DNA from: a virus
Taxonomy: Duplodnaviria; Caudoviricetes
DNA: 64,000 bases
Strand: one strand, 5' to 3'
IMG/VR virus record: IMGVR_UViG_3300032007_000069
Coordinates: 10,328-74,327 of that record
This document shows positions 29,620 to 39,127 of the stretch, piece after piece (positions within the stretch are counted from its first letter, which is position 1; every line of letters starts with the position of its first letter). The translations under genes were made by a program, and so were the position numbers. The notes under the pieces are model-generated. The model worked only from the letters and a program-made list of their open reading frames with translations. It was not told the DNA's origin and did not search any database.

Positions 29620-29868
29620 ATGTTTGAAAGTAAAGCAGAAAATCAAGAAAAAGTGCAAAAATTGACCCTCAAGGGCTATTATTTGCAAATTCCCGATGCA
29701 GTCCATCCTAAGACTGACTTCGTGAATGAGATTGCGATGGAGGCTGGAGTATCAGTTGCGACGGTTCGCAACTGGGTCATTTACGGAATGAAGCCTCAGA
29801 ACCGAAAGCACGTCGATATTCTTGTCCGAAAGACAGGTATTCCAGCAGACGAATTATGGGAGGATTGA
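29620..29868 (+). CDS. Cro-like HTH protein
   Basis: IAMEAGVSVATVRNWV HTH; first gene of the rightward operon. Confidence 0.7.
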   Translation: MFESKAENQEKVQKLTLKGYYLQIPDAVHPKTDFVNEIAMEAGVSVATVRNWVIYGMKPQNRKHVDILVRKTGIPADELWED

Positions 29869-30413
29869 TGATGAACGGGATAGAGTTCTATACGATTGAC
29901 AGCGAGGTATGGTTTCTCACCTCTGACGGCAAGAACGAGCGTCTTGACGAGACACAGGATGAGGTTGTTGCCATGCTGATCGAGCGTATGATGGAATGCT
30001 ACCCAGAGGCTTACAAAGCCCTCTCGAAGTTCTATGCTAAGAGTGCGATGAACGTGCACTACTACCGCTTCTTGATTGCCCGTCGTTTCTGCAAGTGCAA
30101 CTTCGGCAAGCTTGACACAGCCGAGATTGACTGCAACACGACGTTCCGCTTCGAGAAGGTGAGCTGCCCCCTCAGAGGTGAATGTCCCTTGGAGGGGGTT
30201 GTCTGTATGCCTAAGTTCAACAGCCAGCTTTCCAAGAAGGAACTGGACGTGATGCGTCTGGTCTATGAAGGATGCAGCAACGATGAGATAGCCGACAGGC
30301 TGTACCTCTCACCCTTCACGGTGAAGAACCACATCAAGTCTGTGTATGCGAAGCTTGGCATCCATGAGAAGAGTGAGTTCATCCAGTATGCTAACAAGAA
30401 CAAAGTGTTTTAG
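29868..30413 (+). CDS. LuxR-type HTH regulator with Cys cluster
   Basis: SKKELDVMRLVYEGCSNDEIADRLYLSPFTVKNHIKSVYAKLGI; CPLRGECPLEGVVC. Confidence 0.8.
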   Translation: MMNGIEFYTIDSEVWFLTSDGKNERLDETQDEVVAMLIERMMECYPEAYKALSKFYAKSAMNVHYYRFLIARRFCKCNFGKLDTAEIDCNTTFRFEKVSCPLRGECPLEGVVCMPKFNSQLSKKELDVMRLVYEGCSNDEIADRLYLSPFTVKNHIKSVYAKLGIHEKSEFIQYANKNKVF

Positions 30414-30449
30414 TTTTCTATATGTTTAATTCGTTAAATTCAAAGAGCA

Positions 30450-31394
30450 ATGAGTTTATTTAAGAAACCGAGCGAACTTGAGTTCGTAACGACCATTAAG
30501 ATGCTTGTCTATGGTCAGCCTGGTATCGGTAAGAGTACCATGGCACTGAGTGCACCGAACCCCGTCCTGTTTGACTTCGACGGAGGTGTACAGCGTGTAA
30601 ACGTAGCGTTCCAGTGTCCTACGCTGCAAGTGAAGAGTTGGGAAGAGGCCCTGCAGGCTCTCGAAGAGCTGAAGAGCGGTGAGGTTCCCTGCAACACCAT
30701 CGTTATCGACACAGCCGGCAAGATGCTGGACTACATGTCAGATTTCATCATGCGCAACGACTCAAAGATGCGTATGCGTGACGGTTCCCTCAGTCTGAAA
30801 GGCTACGGAGCGAGAAAGGTGATGTTCCAGAACTTCCTCAGAGAGGTGGCCATGATGGGCAAGAACATCGTCTTCGTAGCGCACGAGCGAGAGGAGAAGG
30901 ATGGTGAGACGAAGATCGTCCGTCCCGAGATTGGCGGTTCATCCGCTGGCGACCTCATGAAGGAACTGGACCTTGTTGGTTATGTGCAGGCTGTAGGCTC
31001 TGACAGAACCGTGTATTGGACTCCACAGGAGAAGTTCTATGCGAAGAACACCTGCAACCTGCCTGCATGGCAGAAGATACCTGTCATTGTAGATGAGAAG
31101 GGTAACGTGACACAGGTCAACGACACCCTGCAGAAGGTGTTCGGCTATTACGAGGCCAACGTGAAGAAGATTGAAGAGACCCGCAAGCGCTACAATGAGC
31201 TGCTTGAGGAAATCGAGATGGCCATCGAGAACATCACCGATGCCAAGTCGGCTAACGAGTTTGCGAAGAGCATTGCCGAAGCAGAGATTATCTGGGACAG
31301 CAAGGTTCGTGCCCGTGAGCTGTTCAAGGGCAAGGTCGAGCAACTGAAGCTGAAGTGGAACGCTAAGTCAAAGACTTATGAAGATGCAGCCTAA
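30450..31394 (+). CDS. AAA-family ATPase (Sak4-like recombinase)
   Basis: Walker A GQPGIGKS, Walker B IVIDT, IVFVAHE; starts at AAGAGCAATG. Confidence 0.8.
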   Translation: MSLFKKPSELEFVTTIKMLVYGQPGIGKSTMALSAPNPVLFDFDGGVQRVNVAFQCPTLQVKSWEEALQALEELKSGEVPCNTIVIDTAGKMLDYMSDFIMRNDSKMRMRDGSLSLKGYGARKVMFQNFLREVAMMGKNIVFVAHEREEKDGETKIVRPEIGGSSAGDLMKELDLVGYVQAVGSDRTVYWTPQEKFYAKNTCNLPAWQKIPVIVDEKGNVTQVNDTLQKVFGYYEANVKKIEETRKRYNELLEEIEMAIENITDAKSANEFAKSIAEAEIIWDSKVRARELFKGKVEQLKLKWNAKSKTYEDAA

Positions 31395-32340
31395 CTATGC
31401 TTTTTCTCCATCCCTGTTGGATGCTTTCCAGCGCATGGTCGATACGAAGGTAGAGGAGTTCTTCTATCAAGACGAGACAGGCGCATGGCATCTGAACTGG
31501 AATGAGACAGAAGAGACGCTCCACTACTCCGAGGAGGAAGTGGACGCTCTTCTGAAGCAGGAGTTCCTTGACAAGTTGAACAAGGTGCCCATGCCTCCAT
31601 CCGAGGCAGCAAGCAAGGGCACTGCGTTCAACGAGATACTTGATTGCCTGGTCAAGAAGTGCAAGCCGACGAACCCTGCCATCATCATCAAGACGGTGCG
31701 CAGTGGCGAAGATCTGTTTGACGCTCGCTTGAAGAAAGCCATGTATGAGGCTGACTGCTTGGGCAAGAATATCATCCCAGAGGAAATGAAGCCTGACGAG
31801 AGCATAGCGGAGTTCAATAAGATTGGCATTCCGTTCATCTATGTGGCTTTGGACGGCTTCGAGTTCTTCTTCGACAAGAACTTCTGCATCGAGGCAGCGG
31901 AGTACTTCAAAGGCTCCATCTGCCAGTACTACACGAAGGGTATGATTGAGACCTCTAAGGGTGTTGTGGAGTTGCACGGCTATATCGACTACCTCAGAAT
32001 GATGAAGGTGTTCGACTGCAAGACGACGAAGCGCTACACCTTTGGCGACTTTCAGAAGAAGTGGCAGAGGTACACATATCCGTTCACGCTCATCGAGTCC
32101 GGCATGATGAACGAGGTGAACTGCTTCGAGTTCACCATCTACGTCCTCAGCGGTGGCTCGTCTCGCTCACCCCTCATCACAGGAACGCAGTTCAAGGAGG
32201 TCTATACTTACGACCATGAGCAGGCAAGGATGATGCTCACGCAGCAGTGCGAGCGTCTGATTGAGTTCCTGGAGGCTAACAGAGATAAGATTACTAACAT
32301 GAAAGTATTTGGTGAAGATGGCATTCCAGATAACAGGTAA
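31378..32340 (+). CDS. PD-(D/E)XK exonuclease-like protein
   Basis: KGTAFNE, LHGYIDYL and VFDCKTT; between the recombinase and SSB. Confidence 0.65.
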   Translation: MKMQPNYAFSPSLLDAFQRMVDTKVEEFFYQDETGAWHLNWNETEETLHYSEEEVDALLKQEFLDKLNKVPMPPSEAASKGTAFNEILDCLVKKCKPTNPAIIIKTVRSGEDLFDARLKKAMYEADCLGKNIIPEEMKPDESIAEFNKIGIPFIYVALDGFEFFFDKNFCIEAAEYFKGSICQYYTKGMIETSKGVVELHGYIDYLRMMKVFDCKTTKRYTFGDFQKKWQRYTYPFTLIESGMMNEVNCFEFTIYVLSGGSSRSPLITGTQFKEVYTYDHEQARMMLTQQCERLIEFLEANRDKITNMKVFGEDGIPDNR

Positions 32341-32806
32341 GATAGAATTGATAGGCGAGATAGTATCAAAGCCGTCAAAGAACGGTGGCCAGCCGTTCCA
32401 AAGCAGGGAGTTCGTCCTTGATGCCACTCGTTTCAATCCAGAGACGGGCGAGCCGTGGGAGAACCATCCCAAGTTTGAGTTGAGCAGCCGGAACGTGAAT
32501 ATCACGGATGGCTTCCAAGTCGGTCAGAAGGTGACTGTTGACTTCTCGCTTCGAGGAGCGAAGTACACAGACCAGGCGACGGGAGAGACGAAGTACTTCA
32601 CGTCCATCAATGCGTTCAAGATTACTCCTGCAGAGCAGCAGCAACAGCAGCAGACTCAGTATTCATCACAGAGCCAGCCCACGTTCCAGCAGCCTGCACA
32701 AGTCCCTCAGTACGCACAGGCTCCAAGCCAAGGTGCTCCGTTCCCTCCGCAAGTTGACGCTAATGGCGAACCTCTACCAGAGGGAGCCGATGATCTGCCG
32801 TTTTGA
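32318..32806 (+). CDS. Single-stranded DNA-binding protein (DUF3127-like)
   Basis: OB-fold pattern, Gln/Pro-rich linker and acidic DDLPF tail. Confidence 0.8.
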   Translation: MAFQITGKIELIGEIVSKPSKNGGQPFQSREFVLDATRFNPETGEPWENHPKFELSSRNVNITDGFQVGQKVTVDFSLRGAKYTDQATGETKYFTSINAFKITPAEQQQQQQTQYSSQSQPTFQQPAQVPQYAQAPSQGAPFPPQVDANGEPLPEGADDLPF

Positions 32807-32807
32807 T

Positions 32808-33035
32808 ATGGAAAAGGAGAAGCCTACACAGAAGAGCATGATTCTTGCTCATCTGAAGAGTTTTGGAAGCATCGAGCCGTTACAGGCCTTGCGTGAGTAT
32901 GGTTGCTATGCCCTGGCACAAAGGATAAAAGACCTTCGTAACGAAGGGCATGACATCATTACTGAGACCATCACCTCTACGAGCCGCATCACAGGTCGGC
33001 CAGTTCACTTTGCCAACTATATCCTCCGAAGCTGA
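32808..33035 (+). CDS. Small winged-HTH protein
   Basis: QKSMILAHLKSFGSIEPLQALREYGCYALAQRIKDLRNEG; start re-placed at 32808. Confidence 0.7.
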   Translation: MEKEKPTQKSMILAHLKSFGSIEPLQALREYGCYALAQRIKDLRNEGHDIITETITSTSRITGRPVHFANYILRS

Positions 33036-33490
33036 TGGCATTGTTCAACCTCCATAATGAGTATGAGCGACAGCAGTTCAAGGAGTACTGCAACAAGGTC
33101 TATGAGGAGTGTATCAAGGCACCCCTCGGCCTTGTTGAGGTAAAGAAGAAGCACAGACAGCGTTCTGACTCGCAGAACAGGTATCTCCATGTATGCCTCG
33201 GTTACTTCGCATCAGAGTTCGGCTATTCGCTGGAGGAGGTCAAGCAGGACATTTTCAAGCGTAAGCTGAACAAGGACATCTTCGAGGTCGAGAGAGTGAA
33301 CAGGCGCGGACAGAAGGTGAAGCGTCTCAGAAGCACAAGAGACCTCGACACGCTGGAGCTGACGAATGCTCTGGAGAGGTTCCGGAACTGGTCGAGTGCA
33401 GTCGCAGGTCTCTACATTCCCAACCCGAATGAGACTGAGGCCCTGTTTGCGGCACAGAAGCAGATGGAAGAGTACGAGCAGTATTTGTAA
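33035..33490 (+). CDS. NinB-like recombination protein
   Basis: RSDSQNRYLH and RSTRDLDT patterns. Confidence 0.55.
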   Translation: MALFNLHNEYERQQFKEYCNKVYEECIKAPLGLVEVKKKHRQRSDSQNRYLHVCLGYFASEFGYSLEEVKQDIFKRKLNKDIFEVERVNRRGQKVKRLRSTRDLDTLELTNALERFRNWSSAVAGLYIPNPNETEALFAAQKQMEEYEQYL

Positions 33491-33508
33491 CCAAAATAAG
33501 TAACTAAA

Positions 33509-33766
33509 ATGAAGAAATTTAGCAGACAAGAAATTGAGACCAAGGTCAACGAAGTGTTGGTTGACAAGTTGGGTGTCAGCGAGAGTGAGGTAAGACCGGA
33601 AGCCAAGTTGGAAGACGATTTCGGTGCAGACTCCCTCGATGCTGTGGAAATCGTGATGGAACTGGAGAGAGAGTTCGGTATCTCTATCTCCGATGAGGAA
33701 CTGGGCGGTGTGACCTCCTGTAAGGTCAGCGACGTCTATGACCTCGTGGAAAGACTACAGAAGTAA
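33509..33766 (+). CDS. acpP: Acyl carrier protein
   Basis: DDFGADSLDAVEIVMELEREFGISI with the phosphopantetheine-attachment Ser. Confidence 0.9.
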   Translation: MKKFSRQEIETKVNEVLVDKLGVSESEVRPEAKLEDDFGADSLDAVEIVMELEREFGISISDEELGGVTSCKVSDVYDLVERLQK

Positions 33767-33779
33767 AACCAATAGAATT

Positions 33780-34226
33780 ATGAGATTTATGAACGAAGTA
33801 AGGTTAGATTTAGTGCAGTACGACGATTTGAACAATCGCATCCGTACTAAGACTGAGAGAATCAATGCCCTGGAGTAGGAGTTGTCGAAGCAGAAGGAAG
33901 ACCATGAAGCCGAGATAGACAAGCTCGTAAAGGAGGGTAAGGTAAGAGTGGTGACGAAGACACGTCCGTTCAGCTTCTTCGCCATCCTCGAAGGTCATGC
34001 TGAGCCGAGTGTTTCCTACAAGGGCTTTGATGAAATCAAGGCTGAGGTGGAGGAGCACTTCAAGCAAGGTCTGTTCAACGAGGAACTGGAGAAGGAGAAG
34101 CAGAACCAGCTTAACGGCCTCGTGAAGCAGATTGCCGAGAAGGACACAGCCATCAGCGACCTCAAGGCTGAGATTGAGAGACTAAAGAGCCGTTCCCTGT
34201 GGGAGCGCATCATGAACAAGTTTTAA
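33780..34226 (+). pseudogene. Coiled-coil gene interrupted by an in-frame TAG at 33876
   Basis: ATG 33780 gives MRFMNEVRLDL...INALE*ELSKQKEDH..., continuous in one frame. Confidence 0.6.
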
Positions 34227-34243
34227 CCCCTAATAGTTTAAGT

Positions 34244-34981
34244 ATGTATGCAGATTTGAAGGGTTATGTGCCCGAAAAGGTCGAGTTCGTTTTATCCGAC
34301 CATGTGAAAGAGATTTTCCCTGCTGAGCTGGACTTCACCCAGATCGAGGGTCTGAAAATCAAGAATGCCAACGATGCCATCAAGTTCGTCGGCAAGGAGT
34401 TTGTAGCCACCTTCCCAACAGGTGAGACGGTCATGCGTAAGCTGGATGAGTTCGAGGTGCGCAATATCCGAGAGGAGTATTGTGTGATGCAGGAGAACGA
34501 AGTCCCCAAGCGCAAGCTGAACCTCGAAGAGACACTGGAGGAAATCAAGGCGATGAAGAAGCGTGCCGAGCAGGCATACGACTCCATCCTCGCTGAGGTT
34601 GCCAAGTACGCTGCGGAGGTGAAGGCCGGCACCCGTGAGGTGCAGCTGTCATCGAAAGAGACCTTCTGTATCGCTCTCGCTGGCTACTATGCCATCTACA
34701 CCTACGACAAGGTGCGCAAGGTGTTCGTGCTGGCAAAGGCTTTCGAGATTCACGACCACTCTGAGTTGTGGGCCAACGAGGAAGCCAACCGTGAAGCCAT
34801 GCTGAAGTTCTTTGGTCTTGAGTTCCCAGAGACACCCAAGCCGGAGGAGAAGGAGCAGAACGAGAACACCGACAACGAAGGTAACGACCTGCCTTTCGCA
34901 GGCGAGGAAGAGACCGAGCAAGATGCCGACGATGCCACCCAAGGCAGAGACCCTTGGGAGGAAGATGAAGACGAAGAGTAA
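34244..34981 (+). CDS. Hypothetical protein with acidic tail
   Basis: Start placed at MYADLKG. Confidence 0.65.
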   Translation: MYADLKGYVPEKVEFVLSDHVKEIFPAELDFTQIEGLKIKNANDAIKFVGKEFVATFPTGETVMRKLDEFEVRNIREEYCVMQENEVPKRKLNLEETLEEIKAMKKRAEQAYDSILAEVAKYAAEVKAGTREVQLSSKETFCIALAGYYAIYTYDKVRKVFVLAKAFEIHDHSELWANEEANREAMLKFFGLEFPETPKPEEKEQNENTDNEGNDLPFAGEEETEQDADDATQGRDPWEEDEDEE

Positions 34982-34993
34982 GTAGTAACAATC

Positions 34994-35019
34994 GGGAGTG
35001 GGTAGCAATACCCATTCCC
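34994..35019 (+). promoter_or_regulatory. GCAA-tetraloop hairpin upstream of the helicase start
   Basis: GGGAGTGGGTA-GCAA-TACCCATTCCC, 11-bp stem. Confidence 0.6.
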
Positions 35020-35031
35020 TTCCTAAGAGCA

Positions 35032-36207
35032 ATGAGATACCAATTAAGACCATATCAGAAGCAAGCCTCCGATGCTGCAGTGGCCGCTTTCACCTCCAAG
35101 CAGGAAAGCAACGGCTTACTCATCCTGCCTACGGGTGCAGGCAAGAGTCTCGTGATAGCAGACATCGCCCATCGGCTCGAAGGCCCGCTTCTCATTCTAC
35201 AGCCCTCTAAGGAGATCCTGGAGCAGAACTTCGCCAAACTACAATCCTACGGCATTTGGGATAGCTCGATATACTCGGCCTCAGTGGGGTATAAGGAGAT
35301 AAATCGCATCACCTTTGCCACCATCGGTAGCGTGATGAACCACATGGATGATTTTGCTCACTTCAAGAACGTGATGATTGACGAGTGCCACTATGTCAAC
35401 AGCAAGGGTGGCATGTATGAGGAGTTCATCCATGCGGTGCCGAGGAAGGTGGTAGGTCTGACAGCTACTCCATACAGGCTTGGCAGAGGCGCAGAGGGAA
35501 TGTCTATGCTGAAGTTCCTCACGAGGACGAAGCCGAGGATATTCAGTCGTGTGCTGTACTGCTGCCAGATTTCAGAACTGCTGGCGAAGGGCTATCTTGC
35601 ACAGCTGAGCTACTATGACCTCACGGCTATCAATCTCGAAATGGTGAAGAGCAACAGCACAGGTGCCGACTATGACGAGAAGTCGCTGAAGGAAGAGTAT
35701 GAGCGTAGCGGTTTCTATGACAAGCTGACCACGACCACGCTGAGAGTGCTGAAGCCTAAGAGCGGCATCCCTCGTAAGGGTGTGCTGGTGTTCACTCGCT
35801 TCACGGAGGAAGCCGACAACCTCGTTGAGAAGCTGATGGTGAAAGGCATCAGAGCAGCCATCGTGACAGGCGAGACTCCAAAGAGGGAGCGAGAGAATAT
35901 GCTGGAAGACTTCAAGTCCGGCAAGATACAGGTCATTGCCAACGTCGGTGTGCTGACGACGGGCTTTGACTATCCAGAGCTTGACACCATCATCCTTGGC
36001 AGACCCACGAAGTCGCTGGCATTGTACTATCAGATGGTAGGTCGTGCCATACGTCCGCATCAAGGCAAGGATGGATGGGTGATAGACTTGGGTGGAACTT
36101 ACAGACGGTTTGGTGCCGTCGCAGATCTGAGAATTGACTGCCCTCCTGGTTCCTCGAAGTGGGCGGTGTATTCGAGAGGAAGACAATTAACGAACGTAAG
36201 TTTTTGA
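35032..36207 (+). CDS. Superfamily II DEAD/DEAH helicase (RadD/YejH-like)
   Basis: LPTGAGKS, IDECH, GLTATP, VLTTGFDYP and QMVGRAIR motifs. Confidence 0.92.
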   Translation: MRYQLRPYQKQASDAAVAAFTSKQESNGLLILPTGAGKSLVIADIAHRLEGPLLILQPSKEILEQNFAKLQSYGIWDSSIYSASVGYKEINRITFATIGSVMNHMDDFAHFKNVMIDECHYVNSKGGMYEEFIHAVPRKVVGLTATPYRLGRGAEGMSMLKFLTRTKPRIFSRVLYCCQISELLAKGYLAQLSYYDLTAINLEMVKSNSTGADYDEKSLKEEYERSGFYDKLTTTTLRVLKPKSGIPRKGVLVFTRFTEEADNLVEKLMVKGIRAAIVTGETPKRERENMLEDFKSGKIQVIANVGVLTTGFDYPELDTIILGRPTKSLALYYQMVGRAIRPHQGKDGWVIDLGGTYRRFGAVADLRIDCPPGSSKWAVYSRGRQLTNVSF

Positions 36208-36213
36208 AGAAAT

Positions 36214-36468
36214 ATGGAAGTGCTAAAGTTATTCGACTACATTCAGAAAAGAGTGAACGGCAAGAGAAATGACAGCATCGTTCAAGACCTTGTTGACGAT
36301 ATGGCGAGAGACAAGGAACTGAAAGGTAAGACTGGCGCGGAGATTGTCAGTCATATCCGCTGGAAAGCATGTACAGGTGCCAGAGAGGCATTAGGTAAGT
36401 TCCTGCAGAGCTACAAGCAGTATTGCAAGGCTCACAACTATCTACCAGAACAAGTAAGCATGAGATAA
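36214..36468 (+). CDS. Hypothetical protein (YozE-like)
   Basis: DLVDDMARDKEL pattern. Confidence 0.5.
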   Translation: MEVLKLFDYIQKRVNGKRNDSIVQDLVDDMARDKELKGKTGAEIVSHIRWKACTGAREALGKFLQSYKQYCKAHNYLPEQVSMR

Positions 36469-36469
36469 T

Positions 36470-36802
36470 ATGAAGAGAATCTATATCAGCTTGCCCATCA
36501 GTGGCTACGACTATTCCGAAAGGAAGCAGCTTGCCCTATCAGTCCAACAGGAGTTGGAGAAAAGGGGCTATGAGGTGTTCAATCCCATGTTCAACGGACT
36601 TCCGAAGGACGCAACCACCAACGAGCACATGAGGGTCGATTTCAAGATGCTCTGTGAGTGTGACGAGATTATCATGCTGCCTAAGTGGAACCATTCCGCT
36701 GGTTGTACGCAGGAGTTCAATGTGGCCGTGTCGATAGGTTGTGAGGTGAAGTTCCTTCTGTCGGTTGAGCCGTTCATCATGTTAGAGACTAAATTCAAGT
36801 GA
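36470..36802 (+). CDS. DUF4406-like (nucleoside deoxyribosyltransferase-like) protein
   Basis: RIYISLPISG, VFNP, MLCECDEIIMLPKWNHSAGCTQE. Confidence 0.75.
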   Translation: MKRIYISLPISGYDYSERKQLALSVQQELEKRGYEVFNPMFNGLPKDATTNEHMRVDFKMLCECDEIIMLPKWNHSAGCTQEFNVAVSIGCEVKFLLSVEPFIMLETKFK

Positions 36803-36804
36803 GT

Positions 36805-37296
36805 ATGTTTCCATGGTACATGAAGAAGCGCAAGCAGAAGAAGTCGGAGCCAGATCTGTTTCCTGCGGCAAAGAAGACGAGAGCCAAGAAGCCTGTTGAC
36901 CTCACCAAGAAGCTCGACAAGGTGTTCAGCGCATACATTCGTCTGAGGGATTCCATGCCCAACGGCTGTTTCCGTTGCATCAGTTGCGGACAGATAAAGA
37001 GGTTTGAGCAGGGCGATTGTGGTCACTATCATTCCAGAACCCACATGGCGACACGATGGGAGCCGGATAACTGCCACATGGAATGTCGCGGATGCAACAG
37101 AGCAAGTGCCGACCACCTCATAGGCTACCGCAGGAACTTGGTCGAGAAGATAGGTCTCGACAGAGTGAACAGGCTCGAAATGATGGCACACTCGCAGAAG
37201 CACTGGCTGGACTTCGAGCTGCAGGAGAAGATTGACTATTTCACCAGAGAAGTGAAGAGGTTGAGTGCAGAGAAAGGTATCAATGTCAAAATCTGA
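36805..37296 (+). CDS. NinG-like recombination endonuclease
   Basis: LDKVFSAYIRLRD, CISCG, DCGHYHSR, DNCHMECRGCN. Confidence 0.8.
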   Translation: MFPWYMKKRKQKKSEPDLFPAAKKTRAKKPVDLTKKLDKVFSAYIRLRDSMPNGCFRCISCGQIKRFEQGDCGHYHSRTHMATRWEPDNCHMECRGCNRASADHLIGYRRNLVEKIGLDRVNRLEMMAHSQKHWLDFELQEKIDYFTREVKRLSAEKGINVKI

Positions 37297-37332
37297 AAAA
37301 ATGTTAGCAGTCAGGCGATTTCTGCCGAAAAT

Positions 37333-37365
37333 GTGCGTCTATCTCAAGCATTTTTGCTATCTTTG
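37333..37365 (+). promoter_or_regulatory. Class II promoter 1 (upstream of the replication initiator)
   Basis: GTGCG 37333, TCAAGCATTTTT 37344, TATCTTTG 37358. Confidence 0.7.
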
Positions 37366-37382
37366 CATAGAAATTAAGAGCA

Positions 37383-37492
37383 TCTGCATAGTGACGTTTG
37401 CAGAGGACAATATAAGAAACAACAGGTTCCGTTCAGTGGCCGCTCTAATGTCACCTGCGCAAGCAGAGAGCAGTCCTGTCCGGAACCTATTT
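37383..37492 (+). promoter_or_regulatory. Structured 5' leader of the replication initiator gene
   Basis: TCTGCA/TGCAGA hairpin; AGGTTCCG/CGGAACCT 8-bp stem enclosing GCTCT/AGAGC and CTGC-GCAA-GCAG. Confidence 0.55.
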
Positions 37493-37501
37493 TGATAGAA
37501 G

Positions 37502-38437
37502 ATGGAAGGTTATGTCAAACTCTATAGGTCGTCGTTGAAAGACCCTCTGTACATGAAGGAGGTCTTCACGAAATGGCAGGCATGGTGTGACCTCATACTA
37601 ATGGCCTACCATACACCGACAGACATCTTCGTAAGGAATGTGAAGGTCAAGGCTAAGCGTGGCTGTGTGTACATGAGTGTCGCAGATCTTGCTGAAAGGT
37701 GGAGGTGGAGCAGAGGTAAGGTTGACAGGTTCCTCAAGTATCTCGAAGATGATATGAGGATAAAGGTCAAGGTGAGCAATATCGTGAACTGCATAGCCAT
37801 CGTGAACTACGAGAAGTTCCAGCAGCCCAGCCAAGACGAGCGTACAAACGGGGCAACAAACAGGGCATCAAACGGGGCAACAAACGGACACAATAGAATA
37901 AATGATAATAATGATAATATATTATTATTTCCAGCGTCGCCCGAAAGCGACACTGGTGAGGGTGTCCTTCAGCAGATTCTCTCTCAGATGCAAGAACTGA
38001 AAGACCGCCTCGATGCACAGGAGCAGCCCAAGCCGGAGAAGAAGACGAAGAAGAAGGAGCCGAACCCCCTTATCGTTGAAGGAAGGAAGGTGTTCGAGAA
38101 AAGGTACGCAGACCTGTTCAGCGACAGCTACTATTGGCAGGCAAAGGATGCAGCGGCTATGGATGCCCTCACGAAGAAAATCATCTACTCACGTCAGCAG
38201 AAGGGAATGAGCGTTGAGGTCGAAGACGTGTTGAAAGCACTCGGTGCTCTTCTGGAGAGTGTGCAGGACGCATGGATATTGAAGAATTTCAGCGTGACGA
38301 ACATCAATTCAAAGTATAACGAGATAGTGGCCCAGGCAAGGGCTGCAAAGAATAACAGCAATCAAGATGGGACGGATAAACGTAGAAGCTCTGAAGTCAC
38401 AGCTACTTCAGCGGAAGATTACAAGGGAGCGTTTTAA
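37502..38437 (+). CDS. Replication initiator (lambda O-like)
   Basis: N-terminal winged HTH (SVADLAERWRWSRGKVDRFL), internal iterons, followed by a DnaC-like gene. Confidence 0.8.
   Translation: MEGYVKLYRSSLKDPLYMKEVFTKWQAWCDLILMAYHTPTDIFVRNVKVKAKRGCVYMSVADLAERWRWSRGKVDRFLKYLEDDMRIKVKVSNIVNCIAIVNYEKFQQPSQDERTNGATNRASNGATNGHNRINDNNDNILLFPASPESDTGEGVLQQILSQMQELKDRLDAQEQPKPEKKTKKKEPNPLIVEGRKVFEKRYADLFSDSYYWQAKDAAAMDALTKKIIYSRQQKGMSVEVEDVLKALGALLESVQDAWILKNFSVTNINSKYNEIVAQARAAKNNSNQDGTDKRRSSEVTATSAEDYKGAF
37846..37927 (+). other. Putative replication origin: four 12-bp-period iterons plus AT-rich tract
   Basis: Units at 37846, 37858, 37870 and 37882, then AATAAATGATAATAATGATAATATATTATT. Confidence 0.75.
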
Positions 38438-39014
38438 GCTGCCCTTGGATAAGGAACAGGCGGTGGATGCCCTCACGGCTGCGTATCAGGCAGAGGTGGA
38501 GTACCGCAAGAGGTCTTTCGTCCTCGACGAGCACACGAAGGGCAACATCGAGCAGCTGGCTTCATTCCTCATCGGTGGAGGCAGCAAGTTCGGCATCATG
38601 TTCAGCGGTGTATGCGGCAACGGCAAGACAACCCTGCTGTATGCCTTCCAGAACTTGTTGAACTACATGAACGACAGAGGCCTCATTGAGGGAAGGACTG
38701 GCATATCTGTGATAGATGCGAAAGATGTTGCGTGGTATGCCAAGGACGTGGAGCGTTTCCGTCAGTTCAGACAGCGTGAAATGATGGCTATTGAGGATAT
38801 GGGTCGTGAGCCTGTTGAGGTGCTGGAGTACGGCAATGTGCTCAATCCTGTCATTGACCTTCTGGAGTACAGGTACAACGAGCAGCTGTTCACCATCATA
38901 ACGACGAACCTTGTGCCGAAAGAGATCCGCGAGCGCTATGGCAACCGCATAGCAGACCGCTTCAACGAAATGTTCGACAAGGTGATTTTCGGCAACGAGA
39001 CGTACAGAAAGTAG
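38367..39014 (+). CDS. DnaC/IstB-like helicase loader ATPase
   Basis: GVCGNGKTT, MAIEDMGRE, TIITTNL, RYGNRIADRF. Confidence 0.85.
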   Translation: MGRINVEALKSQLLQRKITRERFKLPLDKEQAVDALTAAYQAEVEYRKRSFVLDEHTKGNIEQLASFLIGGGSKFGIMFSGVCGNGKTTLLYAFQNLLNYMNDRGLIEGRTGISVIDAKDVAWYAKDVERFRQFRQREMMAIEDMGREPVEVLEYGNVLNPVIDLLEYRYNEQLFTIITTNLVPKEIRERYGNRIADRFNEMFDKVIFGNETYRK

Positions 39015-39016
39015 CG

Positions 39017-39127
39017 AAAGTTAAACTATATGTAGCACAGGCGATTATAGGATTTTCCGTTTGGTCAAATGCAAAAAATTGGCTATCTTTACAGCATATA
39101 AGAAACATTCATAATTCAAGAGCAATG
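39017..39127 (+). promoter_or_regulatory. Class I promoter/leader module 3
   Basis: AAAGTTAAA 39017, TATCTTTA 39084, TATAAGAAACA 39097, AAGAGCAATG 39118. Confidence 0.7.

Noticed and set aside
33876-33878. Amber stop-codon reassignment (as in some Bacteroidota phages)
   Set aside because: Only one internal TAG was seen, while many clearly complete genes end in TAG (e.g. 18623, 21947, 39014, 42143, 48468) and coding density is high under code 11.
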